The position numbers and the translations under genes are program-made. The notes below the pieces were generated by a model. It made no database searches. It was not told where the DNA came from and was given only the letters and a program-made list of their open reading frames with translations. A DNA stretch of 57,147 nucleotides from Sphingobacteriaceae bacterium. GTDB taxonomy: Bacteria > Bacteroidota > Bacteroidia > Sphingobacteriales > Sphingobacteriaceae. The stretch is taken from NCBI GenBank assembly GCA_046074005.1, contig JBJTNJ010000124.1, forward strand, positions 1 through 57,147, written 5' to 3'. Below, in pieces: positions 31,166 to 41,910 of the stretch. Each line of letters starts with the position of its first letter. The first letter of the stretch is position 1.

Positions 31166-31173
31166 CAAAAATA
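31166..31173 (-). promoter_or_regulatory. Bacteroidota -7 promoter box TATTTTTG (tRNA-Arg)
   Basis: Exact TAnnTTTG, 17 nt upstream of the mature tRNA 5' end. Confidence 0.4.
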
Positions 31174-31208
31174 GCATATCCGATTAAATTACCAAAGTGT
31201 TTTGCTAT

Positions 31209-31673
31209 TTATTGCTGAACGATTGTTCTAATAGCGTTAAAATCAGGTAGATCGCCCGCAGATTCTAACACTTCGGCATAGGTAATTTCTTGATTTTCGT
31301 TTACCACAAATGCAGCACGCTTAGAAACTCCCTTTAAATTGAATACAAATTCATCATAAAAAGCATCGTATGCTTTAGAGGCTTCTTTGTTAAAATCGGA
31401 AAGTAAAGGGAATTGATACTTGTTTTCTTCCTTGAACTTAGCTAAAGTAAATGGCGAATCTACCGAAATGCCCAACACCTGGGCACCTAAGCCTTCGTAA
31501 TAACCAAAACTATCTCTCATGGTACACAATTGCGTGGTACAAACGCCTGTAAATGCCATTGGAAAGAAATGAATGACTACTTTTTTTCCTGCATAGTCGC
31601 TCAAGCGCACTTCTTTTAAGTCGCTAGAAAAAAGGGTGAAATTAGGGGCCTTTTGGCCAATTGCTACTGCCAT
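31209..31673 (-). CDS. Peroxiredoxin (AhpC/TSA-redoxin family)
   Basis: 154 aa. Peroxidatic cysteine context FPMAFTGVCTTQ and a thioredoxin-fold length. Confidence 0.85.
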   Translation of the reverse strand: MAVAIGQKAPNFTLFSSDLKEVRLSDYAGKKVVIHFFPMAFTGVCTTQLCTMRDSFGYYEGLGAQVLGISVDSPFTLAKFKEENKYQFPLLSDFNKEASKAYDAFYDEFVFNLKGVSKRAAFVVNENQEITYAEVLESAGDLPDFNAIRTIVQQ

Positions 31674-31692
31674 ATTGTTGTTTATTTTGTTC

Positions 31693-31700
31693 CAAATATA
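31693..31700 (-). promoter_or_regulatory. Bacteroidota -7 promoter box TATATTTG (peroxiredoxin gene)
   Basis: Exact TAnnTTTG, 20 nt upstream of the ATG. Confidence 0.4.
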
Positions 31701-31710
31701 AGAAAAAGGC

Positions 31711-34279
<2,569 letters not shown>

Positions 34280-34280
<1 letters not shown>

Positions 34281-34525
34281 TGATCGTAGAAATTTATACA
34301 CCAGATCAATTAGTATTTCAAGGCGAAGCCACTTCGGTAAGTGTACCGGGTACTTCGGGTTCTTTTGAAGTATTAAAAGACCACGCTCCTATTATTTCGA
34401 CCTTAGAAGACGGCAAGGTAACGGTACGTACCGGCCAAGAAACACAAACCTTTGGAATTAAAGGTGGTGTGATAGAGGTAAAAGACAATAAAGTAGTGGT
34501 GTTAGCCGAAGGTTTGGCCGAATAA
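34280..34525 (+). CDS. atpC: F1 ATP synthase epsilon subunit (short form)
   Basis: 81 aa. Its start overlaps the atpD stop (TAATG). It has the beta-sandwich N-terminal domain only. Confidence 0.9.
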
Positions 34526-34545
34526 ACTCGGTTAAAAAAAGATAG

Positions 34546-34580
34546 AAAAAGCATTCTCCAGACCGGGGAATGCTTTTTTG
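34546..34580 (+). terminator. Rho-independent terminator after atpC
   Basis: Stem aaaaagcattc/gaatgcttttt followed by a T-run (tgcttttttgtttt). Confidence 0.75.
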
Positions 34581-34587
34581 TTTTAAG

Positions 34588-35583
34588 CTAACGGGGAACA
34601 ATTCGGGAGTTGCTAAACTGCAGTTGAACAGTATCGCCCACTGCATAAGCCCCCATAGGAACTTGCGCATGCAGTAGGTTACCCTCTACACTAAGTTCCA
34701 ATTCGTTATGGGCCAGTTGATAGTGAATTTGAGTAATGCTAGCTTCGATTCCTTTTTCCACCAACTTGCATTCGTAAGGATATACTATTAGCTGTTCATT
34801 AGTGGCAAGCTGAAAACCGAAATAGGTATTGGCCACTTCGGCCGTTAAAATATTTGCCGACCCTAGTAGCTTAGCTACATAGCCACTAGAGGGTTTATCA
34901 ATTAAAGCAGCAGGGGCTCCGTGCTGCAGTAACTCCCCTTGCTGTACTATTACCAAGGTATCGGCTAAGGATAGGCCGTCTAGCGGGTCGTGAGAAACCA
35001 AAATCATGGTGGTACCCAACTCTTTAGAAAGGCGTTTTAAATCGGTACGCAACTGCTTGCGCATGAGCACATCTACCTGACTAAAAGGCTCATCGAGCAA
35101 CAATACCTGAGGTTTGGTAATGAGTGCTCGGGCAATGGCCACCCGCTGTTGCTCTCCGCCACTTAATTCTACTGCCCGGCGTTCTGCCAAATGATCTATA
35201 CGCAAGGCTTTCATCATGGCCAAGGTATGTTGTTTTTTGCCTTCTAAATCGGTATTAGACAGCATAGAAGCAATATTGTCGTACACCTTAGCGTAAGTAT
35301 TCAGGTCGAAATTCTGAGCAATCATTTTCATGCACTCATGGCCCGGAATAAGTTTTTCCTCTGGACCTAAAATTCTTTTCCCTTGAAATAGCACCTCCCC
35401 TTCAGTGGGGCTTAACAAGCCGTAAATAAGTTTTAATAAGGTGCTTTTACCGCTGCCGCTTTCTCCTAAAATAGCTACAAATTCTCCCTGCTGAATGTGC
35501 AAATTAATATACCTAACGCCACCATTAGGGTTGTTTGGATAGGATTTAGAAACCTGATTGAGCTGGATAAGTGGATTGGGCAT
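34588..35583 (-). CDS. ABC transporter ATP-binding protein with C-terminal TOBE-like extension (orphan)
   Basis: Walker A GESGSGKST, signature LSGGEQQR, Walker B LLLDEP and H-loop VSHD. About 100 residues follow the ATPase core. Start taken at MPNPLIQLNQ (35583), because the longer ORF (to 35610) runs through a terminator hairpin and a -7 box. Confidence 0.85.
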   Translation of the reverse strand: MPNPLIQLNQVSKSYPNNPNGGVRYINLHIQQGEFVAILGESGSGKSTLLKLIYGLLSPTEGEVLFQGKRILGPEEKLIPGHECMKMIAQNFDLNTYAKVYDNIASMLSNTDLEGKKQHTLAMMKALRIDHLAERRAVELSGGEQQRVAIARALITKPQVLLLDEPFSQVDVLMRKQLRTDLKRLSKELGTTMILVSHDPLDGLSLADTLVIVQQGELLQHGAPAALIDKPSSGYVAKLLGSANILTAEVANTYFGFQLATNEQLIVYPYECKLVEKGIEASITQIHYQLAHNELELSVEGNLLHAQVPMGAYAVGDTVQLQFSNSRIVPR

Positions 35584-35586
35584 GGC

Positions 35587-35594
35587 CAAAGATA
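35587..35594 (-). promoter_or_regulatory. Bacteroidota -7 box TATCTTTG abutting the start codon (possible leaderless mRNA)
   Basis: Exact TAnnTTTG, 3 nt upstream of the ABC ATPase ATG and fused to the T-run of the upstream terminator. Confidence 0.35.
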
Positions 35595-35628
35595 AAAAAA
35601 CCCACGCCAAACCTAGAGTGACGTGGGT
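35594..35628 (-). terminator. Rho-independent terminator after the OM beta-barrel gene
   Basis: 7-bp stem acccacg/cgtgggt with a 15-nt loop and a 7-T run on the minus strand. Confidence 0.6.
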
Positions 35629-35651
35629 AAATGACGTTTATATGAAGGTTC

Positions 35652-36572
35652 TTAGAAACCCCAGCACAAACCGAAAGACAGATTTTTGAAGTCTACCGGT
35701 CCTTGGCCTTTAGCAAATACATCGTTAAAGTAGTATTTGGAATACATTCCCATTCCTTTATATCCAACACGAACAAAGGCTCCATAACGGAAAGGGTTAA
35801 AGTTATAATCGTCTTTAAATTTCTCTTTCCCGCGTTCTTTGCTTTCTTGCTTCACTTTTCCATTAAGCAAAAAACCAAATTCAGGGCCTAGCACAAAATG
35901 AAACTTATGGCCATTCTGAATGGTTTGGGTGAAATCGAACCCAATTGGAATTCTTAAATAACGACTACTGAACCTGTTTTTAGTAAAGTTAATGGGCTCT
36001 TGTATGGCCGTAAGCGTAGCTTGATTTTTTTGGAACGTTACATTGTTATTTAAACGAATATGATTCCAATCTAAACCGGCACCAATATACAAGCGAAACT
36101 TATCGCTGGCTTTATACTTAAACTCAAAAAAATCGAAACCCACGTTACTTGTTTTAGCCGGCAAGAAATCTAAATTGGCATTTGCCGGGCTCAAAGTAAA
36201 ACTTCCTTGATCTAAATAGCGGCTAAAGCCTAAATCGAAACGAGTAAACTCAAGGCCAATACTAACGGCTTTTTTAGGTTTAGTTACTACTGCATTATCT
36301 GAACCAATGGTAACTGCGGTATCTGAATTTCTACTTTTAATGCTTATAGTTTTTCCTACCTGAATAATGGTTTTCCCTTTCAGGTGTAGGCTATCTTGCA
36401 AAGGGGCAGCACCTATGCGAATAATGGTTTTGGCAGTAGGAGGCACAGTGTCTTGCGATGTAGATGCTTTGCCTATTTGTATAAGGGTTTTACCCTTAGA
36501 GGCCACGTAGTTTTGCGCTTGAGCAGCAAAAGCGAATGCGCTTAATGCCACTATCATTAGTGATTTTTTCAT
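35652..36572 (-). CDS. Outer-membrane beta-barrel protein (porin-family-like) with N-terminal triple repeat
   Basis: 306 aa. Signal peptide MKKSLMIVALSAFAFAAQAQ, alternating hydrophobic beta-strand pattern and a terminal aromatic residue (LCWGF). The N-terminal 20-aa-period repeats are KGKTLIQIGKA, AKTIIRIGAA and KGKTIIQVGKT. Confidence 0.65.
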   Translation of the reverse strand: MKKSLMIVALSAFAFAAQAQNYVASKGKTLIQIGKASTSQDTVPPTAKTIIRIGAAPLQDSLHLKGKTIIQVGKTISIKSRNSDTAVTIGSDNAVVTKPKKAVSIGLEFTRFDLGFSRYLDQGSFTLSPANANLDFLPAKTSNVGFDFFEFKYKASDKFRLYIGAGLDWNHIRLNNNVTFQKNQATLTAIQEPINFTKNRFSSRYLRIPIGFDFTQTIQNGHKFHFVLGPEFGFLLNGKVKQESKERGKEKFKDDYNFNPFRYGAFVRVGYKGMGMYSKYYFNDVFAKGQGPVDFKNLSFGLCWGF

Positions 36573-36573
36573 G

Positions 36574-37284
36574 TTATTTATCGGTGTTTATTTTCTTTAT
36601 TTTTACTGGACCCACATTGAGCGATATGAGGCTCAGTCCGCCCTCATCGCTAGAAGTTTCTACTATTTTATCTTCCCGAGTATCTACTGTGGCTACCACA
36701 AAATTAACCAAATCACTTAAAGAGCGAATACGTTTCTTGCTACGCTTTGTAGCGCTGGGTTCGGCAGCAGCAGAAGTTATTTCCTCCGGACCGCTCCGTA
36801 CTGTTGATGGCTCTATTGGAGGCACTTCGGTTAAATTAGCTATTTGTTCTTCCTGCAGAACTATAGCAGTAGTTTTAGGCTCAACTATGGTTACTGGAGC
36901 ATTCGCTAATACAACTACATTTTGCGCTAGTGGCGCTTTTAGCTTAGCTTTTACACTAACTAGGTGTTCTCCTTCTTTAGCTAGCAAATTTTCTTCACTT
37001 CCTAATTGAACTTCGCTAGAACCTGTAGGTTTTTTCTGCACCTTAACTAGGGCTCCAAGTTTAACTTGGGCTTCGTTCAATGAGAAAAACCACCACGCCC
37101 CTAGAGAAATTAGTAGCACACTAGCCGCTAGGCCTAGCCAGGGATACATTGTTCGTTTTTTCTGCTGCCTTTGCTCCAATTTCTCGGCAATGTTTTGCCA
37201 TACGTGCGGAGATGGAGCTACAGAAACTTCGCCAAGCTTATCTTTTAGCACTTTATCAAAAGTATTTTCCATCGTATTATTCAT
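36574..37284 (-). CDS. Putative anti-sigma factor (single-pass membrane protein)
   Basis: 236 aa. It overlaps the ECF sigma gene stop by 8 nt. It has a short cytoplasmic N-terminus, one TM helix (WLGLAASVLLISLGAWWFF) and a low-complexity periplasmic part. The call rests on context and topology only. Confidence 0.55.
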   Translation of the reverse strand: MNNTMENTFDKVLKDKLGEVSVAPSPHVWQNIAEKLEQRQQKKRTMYPWLGLAASVLLISLGAWWFFSLNEAQVKLGALVKVQKKPTGSSEVQLGSEENLLAKEGEHLVSVKAKLKAPLAQNVVVLANAPVTIVEPKTTAIVLQEEQIANLTEVPPIEPSTVRSGPEEITSAAAEPSATKRSKKRIRSLSDLVNFVVATVDTREDKIVETSSDEGGLSLISLNVGPVKIKKINTDK

Positions 37285-37807
37285 AAATGGGCACCTCCAA
37301 TTTTTTTATTTTCTCTTGCAAATAAATCCGGGCTCTAGACAATTGCGATTTAGAACCTCCTTCAGAAATGCCTAACTGTTCGGCAATTTCTTTGTGCGAA
37401 TAACCCTCAATGGCGTATAAATTAAACACCATTCGGTAGCCATCGGGCAAATTTTGCACCAGCTTCATTAAATCTTGTGCGGCCAATTGGCTTAAGGCAT
37501 TTGCATCATTCACTTCTACTACTCCATCCAGCTCCACGGTATGTAGCGATCTCATATTTTTTCGGTAAACCTCAATGGCCGTATTTACCATAATGCGTCG
37601 TACCCAGCCCTCAAAAGAACCTTCGTTCTTAAAATCATTCATTTTCTGGAACATCTTCACAAAACCCATTTGCAAAATATCCTCGGCATCGGTTCTATTT
37701 GCAGCATAGCGCATGCAAACTCCCATCATTTTAGCCGAAAGTTGGTTATATAGCGCTTCTTGAGCCTTCCGATCTCCCTGTTTACATCCGGCTACTAATT
37801 GCTCCAT
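37277..37807 (-). CDS. ECF-type RNA polymerase sigma-70 factor
   Basis: 176 aa. Region 2 (DAEDILQMGFVKMF...WVRRIMVNTAI) and region 4 HTH (GYSHKEIAEQLGISEGGSKSQLSRAR). Confidence 0.9.
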   Translation of the reverse strand: MEQLVAGCKQGDRKAQEALYNQLSAKMMGVCMRYAANRTDAEDILQMGFVKMFQKMNDFKNEGSFEGWVRRIMVNTAIEVYRKNMRSLHTVELDGVVEVNDANALSQLAAQDLMKLVQNLPDGYRMVFNLYAIEGYSHKEIAEQLGISEGGSKSQLSRARIYLQEKIKKLEVPIYE

Positions 37808-37999
37808 TGGTATACACTATTCGATTGTTTTTTCTTTAAAGATGCCTAGCAGTTGCAAAAGGTTGCATGGGTTCGGTATTTTTTTAGTTAGGCTCCCAGA
37901 AGCCCAAAATACACAATCTTCAAAGAAGCTTCTACATGGGAGCCAAAGATTGGCGAAATAATTATTTTCATAAAAGCAGCTTTTGTACTACATTGATGT

Positions 38000-39817
38000 A
38001 TGAAAAAATTAGGTTGTATTTATGTTTTCTTGATGCTGTTCTCTGCTGGCTTTGCACAACCCAAGCATCAGTTCTCTCTAAGTAAAAAAGATTTTTTATT
38101 AGATGGAAAACCTTTTCAGATTATTAGCGGAGAAATGCACCCTGCCCGAATTCCAAAAGAATATTGGCGCCATCGCATTCAATTAACCAAAGCGATGGGT
38201 TGCAATACCATTGCTGCCTATGTTTTCTGGAACTATCACGAAAAAGAACCAGGAATATTTGATTTTAAAACAGAAAATAGAAACATCGCCGAATTTATTC
38301 GTATTTGCAAAGAAGAAGGCCTATGGGTACTGCTTAGACCAGGGCCCTATGTGTGTGCCGAGTGGGACTTTGGAGGCTTACCCACGGATTTATTAAGCAT
38401 ACCCGATATTAAAATTAGATGTATGGATCCGAGATATATGAACCGAGTATCAGACTATGTTGCTCATCTTTCTAAAGAGATAAAAACATTACAATGCACT
38501 CAAGGTGGACCTATACTTATGCTACAAATTGAGAATGAATATGGCAGTTTTGGGAATGATAAAGAGTACCTAAGTACCCTAAAAAATTTATGGGTAAGAA
38601 ATGGTATCCGTATACCTTTTTATACTTCCGATGGCGCTACGCCCTATATGCTAGAAGCCGGAACCCTAGCCGGTGCGGCCATTGGTCTTGATAGCGGAAG
38701 TGATGAACGTGATTTTGAACAAGCCGCAAAATTCAATCCCAATGTACCTGCGTTTAGTGGCGAAACTTATCCGGGTTGGCTCACGCATTGGGGCGAAAAA
38801 TGGGCTAAGCCAGATACCGCTGACCTGAAAAAGGAAATGGAATTTCTACTAAAAAACAATAAATCGTTTAATTTATATGTGATCCATGGAGGAACTAATT
38901 TCGGCTTTACAGCAGGTGCTAATGCTGCTTCAGCAACGCAATACCAACCCGATATTACAAGCTATGATTACGATGCCCCTATTAATGAGCAAGGATTGCC
39001 TACACCTAAATATTTTATGTTGCAAAAACTTATTAGCACGTATACCGGGCATACCCCACCAAACTTACCGGCACCAATAGCCAGCATGTCTATTCCAGCA
39101 ATTTCCATGCAGGCGGTTAATTCTATTTGGAATGTACTGCCCAGAGCCTTTACAAGTCCACAGCCAAAAGCCATGGAAATGCTTGGCCAAAACCAAGGGC
39201 TTATGCTCTATCAAACTCGACTTATTGGGCATAAGGGAGGACGTTTAACCATTACCGAGCCGCACGACTTGGCTCTTATTTATTTAAACCATCAATATAT
39301 CGGTAGCGTTTCTAGAGATGGCGGGAAGTGGAGTATTGAGCTTCCTAAGACCAATACCACCACAGAAAATCCACTGTTAGAAATTTTAGTAGAGGGTATG
39401 GGACATATCAATTTTGCACAATACATGATAGATAGAAAGGGGATTACCGACCGAGTTACCCTAAATGGCATGACGCTTATGAATTGGAACATGTACCCAC
39501 TTCCGCTAGATTCTGAGTTTATGAGCAAGGCTAGCCAGACAAATACAAACGTAGATACGTCTAAAGGAGGATTAATTTTTAAAGGAACGTTTAGTATAAG
39601 CAGCACCGCCGACACCTACTTTGATCTGAGTAATTACCAAAAAGGGGTTGTTTATATAAATGGGCACAACTTAGGCCGCTATTGGAATATTGGGCCCCAG
39701 CAACGTATATATTGCCCAAAAACCTGGTTAAAAGAGGGACTAAACGAACTAGTAGTAGTAGATTTATTTCAAAAGGAACCCGCAGCAATAAGTGGCTACG
39801 AAAAGGCTGTTAATTAA
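38000..39817 (+). CDS. Glycoside hydrolase family 35 beta-galactosidase (secreted)
   Basis: 605 aa. Signal peptide, GH35 motifs (GPYVCAEWDFGGLP) and the acid/base glutamate in QIENEYG. Confidence 0.9.
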   Translation: MKKLGCIYVFLMLFSAGFAQPKHQFSLSKKDFLLDGKPFQIISGEMHPARIPKEYWRHRIQLTKAMGCNTIAAYVFWNYHEKEPGIFDFKTENRNIAEFIRICKEEGLWVLLRPGPYVCAEWDFGGLPTDLLSIPDIKIRCMDPRYMNRVSDYVAHLSKEIKTLQCTQGGPILMLQIENEYGSFGNDKEYLSTLKNLWVRNGIRIPFYTSDGATPYMLEAGTLAGAAIGLDSGSDERDFEQAAKFNPNVPAFSGETYPGWLTHWGEKWAKPDTADLKKEMEFLLKNNKSFNLYVIHGGTNFGFTAGANAASATQYQPDITSYDYDAPINEQGLPTPKYFMLQKLISTYTGHTPPNLPAPIASMSIPAISMQAVNSIWNVLPRAFTSPQPKAMEMLGQNQGLMLYQTRLIGHKGGRLTITEPHDLALIYLNHQYIGSVSRDGGKWSIELPKTNTTTENPLLEILVEGMGHINFAQYMIDRKGITDRVTLNGMTLMNWNMYPLPLDSEFMSKASQTNTNVDTSKGGLIFKGTFSISSTADTYFDLSNYQKGVVYINGHNLGRYWNIGPQQRIYCPKTWLKEGLNELVVVDLFQKEPAAISGYEKAVN

Positions 39818-40353
39818 CGAGATTGCTCCCGAAAGTGTTTATATACTTTTACAGCTAACATAATCACGGCACTCAACACCAACAAACCAATGATACCATA
39901 AGCCATATCGAGGGCGGTTCTAAGAATAACGGCAAATACAATGGCTACTAAGAGTAGAGTGGCCACTTCGTTCCATAAACGCAACTGGGTAGATGACCAG
40001 CTAAAAATGCCTTTTTTAAATTGCGAAATCATGCGCTGGCAAATAAAATGATACAGCAATAAAGCCACCACAAAGCCTAGCTTTAATTGCATCCAACCCT
40101 CTTGCAACAGAAAAGGGTTTAAGTAAAGCATGCCCAAGCCAGCTAGTACAGTGAGTATCATGGCTGGGGTGGTAATAATGTTCCATAACCTAGACTCCAT
40201 AATCCCATACTGTTTTTGCAAAATGGTACGCTCGGCCTCAGGAAGCTCATTTGCCTCCGTATGGTAAATAAATAAGCGTACGCTATAAAACAAGCCAGCC
40301 ATCCAACTAACCACAAAAATAATGTGTATGGCTTTGAAATAAAGGTAGGTCAT
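39814..40353 (-). CDS. hemJ: Protoporphyrinogen IX oxidase, HemJ type (UPF0093/CopD-like membrane protein)
   Basis: 179 aa with about 5 TM helices. N-terminus YFKAIHIIFVVSWMAGLFY with the conserved His is typical of HemJ. It starts 1 nt after the hemE stop. Confidence 0.8.
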   Translation of the reverse strand: MTYLYFKAIHIIFVVSWMAGLFYSVRLFIYHTEANELPEAERTILQKQYGIMESRLWNIITTPAMILTVLAGLGMLYLNPFLLQEGWMQLKLGFVVALLLYHFICQRMISQFKKGIFSWSSTQLRLWNEVATLLLVAIVFAVILRTALDMAYGIIGLLVLSAVIMLAVKVYKHFREQSR

Positions 40354-40354
40354 C

Positions 40355-41395
40355 TTAGTATCGGAATTCTTTAATTAGGTCTACGGCGTATTTCACATTG
40401 TCAAATGGAATATCGGGCATAATGCCGTGGCCTAAATTGAAAATAAAGCCATCTTCGCCACGCATACGCTCAAACAAGCGATGGATGCGCTCTTTAATCA
40501 CCGATTTATCTGCATATAAAATATGTGGATCTAAATTACCTTGCACGGCCATACCGGCAGGCAAGCGGTGTTTGATGTCTTTCAAATCTACATTCCAATC
40601 GATAGATACTACATCGGGTTTGGCTTGGGCCATTAATGGAGCAAACACCGAACTGCCTTTGCAGAAAGAAATTACAGGAATATCTTTTCGGTGCAATCCG
40701 GCAATAATTTGCTGGATATATTGGTGCGAAAATTCGCGATAATCGTCCCAAGAAAGTGCTTGTGCCCAGCTATCGAAAATTTGCACTGCATTTACGCCAG
40801 CTGCAATTTGCAAGTTCAAATAATCGGTGGTTACTTTAGCTATTTTTGCCAATAGTTTATGCGCCAATTCTGGATGATTGTGCAGCATCAATTTGGTTAG
40901 TTTAAAATCTCTAGAAGAACCTCCTTCTACCAAATAGCTCATAACGGTGAAGGGTGCACCGGCAAATCCAATAAGTGGGATACTGCCATTTAAACGTTCT
41001 TGAATAACTTTAATGGCATCGGCTACATACTGCAATTTATCGCCCACTTCTGTGTCTAGCGCTTCTACATCGGCAGCAGTGCGAACCGGATTGGCAAATT
41101 TAGGGCCTATGCCTTGGGTAAAACTTAAATCGCCTCCCATGGCTTCGCCGGTTACCAAAATATCGGAGAATAAAATCGCTGCATCAATACCCAATAAATC
41201 TACAGGCAACATGGTTACATCGGCGGCAATTTCAGGCGTTTTGCACATCTCTAAAAACGAATATTTGTTTTTAATTTCCCAATATTCGGGCATAAAACGG
41301 CCTGCTTGACGCATCATCCATACGGGTGGACGTTCCGTTTTTTGAGAAAATGCAGCTTTTATAAATAACGATTCTAGTTGGTTTGGTGTACTCAC
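40355..41395 (-). CDS. hemE: Uroporphyrinogen decarboxylase
   Basis: PPVWMMRQAGR motif. Proposed GTG start at 41395 gives 346 aa, the family-typical length, and overlaps the upstream stop as GTGA. The 394-aa ORF-track version has a basic, non-homologous 48-aa extension that overlaps the upstream gene. Confidence 0.92.
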   Translation of the reverse strand: MSTPNQLESLFIKAAFSQKTERPPVWMMRQAGRFMPEYWEIKNKYSFLEMCKTPEIAADVTMLPVDLLGIDAAILFSDILVTGEAMGGDLSFTQGIGPKFANPVRTAADVEALDTEVGDKLQYVADAIKVIQERLNGSIPLIGFAGAPFTVMSYLVEGGSSRDFKLTKLMLHNHPELAHKLLAKIAKVTTDYLNLQIAAGVNAVQIFDSWAQALSWDDYREFSHQYIQQIIAGLHRKDIPVISFCKGSSVFAPLMAQAKPDVVSIDWNVDLKDIKHRLPAGMAVQGNLDPHILYADKSVIKERIHRLFERMRGEDGFIFNLGHGIMPDIPFDNVKYAVDLIKEFRY

Positions 41396-41910
41396 GATGT
41401 TTTGGGGATTTCTTTTTCTATTTTTTCTATAATCAGCTTTACTCTCGATGTAATTTTGAGTGATTTTGCTTTTTCTACATACACTTTGGCACGTTCGTAT
41501 TCTTTTTTTCGCAAACTCATATTGGCCAAATGCGTCCAAACTAAGGCTTTATCGCTGGCATTACGCAAAGGATAGCGGGTAGCTAGTTGAAAGTGCCGCT
41601 CGGCCTCTTCATAGTTCTGACGATGTAATTCTATATTGCCGTAAATAAATTCATAAAAGCCTCTACGATGTTTATTTAGGCGTTCCGGATCGGGTACTTC
41701 TTGTAACAATTCTTCGGCCCTATCGTAATTTTTTAGGTGAAATTCTTTAGCTGCCATTACCACCGTACCTTCACTAAAGTAGCCCCAAACTAAGAGCAAT
41801 ATACCCAAACCCGTTATAATAGAAATGGGATATACTTTCTCTTCTAGTGTCCAAGCCAAAAGTGCTAGACCTATAAGAATAATAAACAAGCGGACTTTAC
41901 GAGTAAACAT
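41392..41910 (-). CDS. Membrane protein with two N-terminal TM helices and TPR-like repeats
   Basis: 172 aa. TM helices LFIILIGLALLAWTL and IITGLGILLLVWGYF, then TPR-like helices (NYDRAEELL, QNYEEAERHFQLA, KEYERAKVYVEKA). Its start overlaps the response-regulator stop (TAATG). Confidence 0.55.
   Translation of the reverse strand: MFTRKVRLFIILIGLALLAWTLEEKVYPISIITGLGILLLVWGYFSEGTVVMAAKEFHLKNYDRAEELLQEVPDPERLNKHRRGFYEFIYGNIELHRQNYEEAERHFQLATRYPLRNASDKALVWTHLANMSLRKKEYERAKVYVEKAKSLKITSRVKLIIEKIEKEIPKTS

Noticed and set aside
31156-31182. Inverted repeat ATCGGA-N15-TCCGAT between the peroxiredoxin gene and tRNA-Arg as a terminator.
   Set aside because: It has a short stem and large loop, and it overlaps the exact -7 box for the tRNA. 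The promoter interpretation is better supported.
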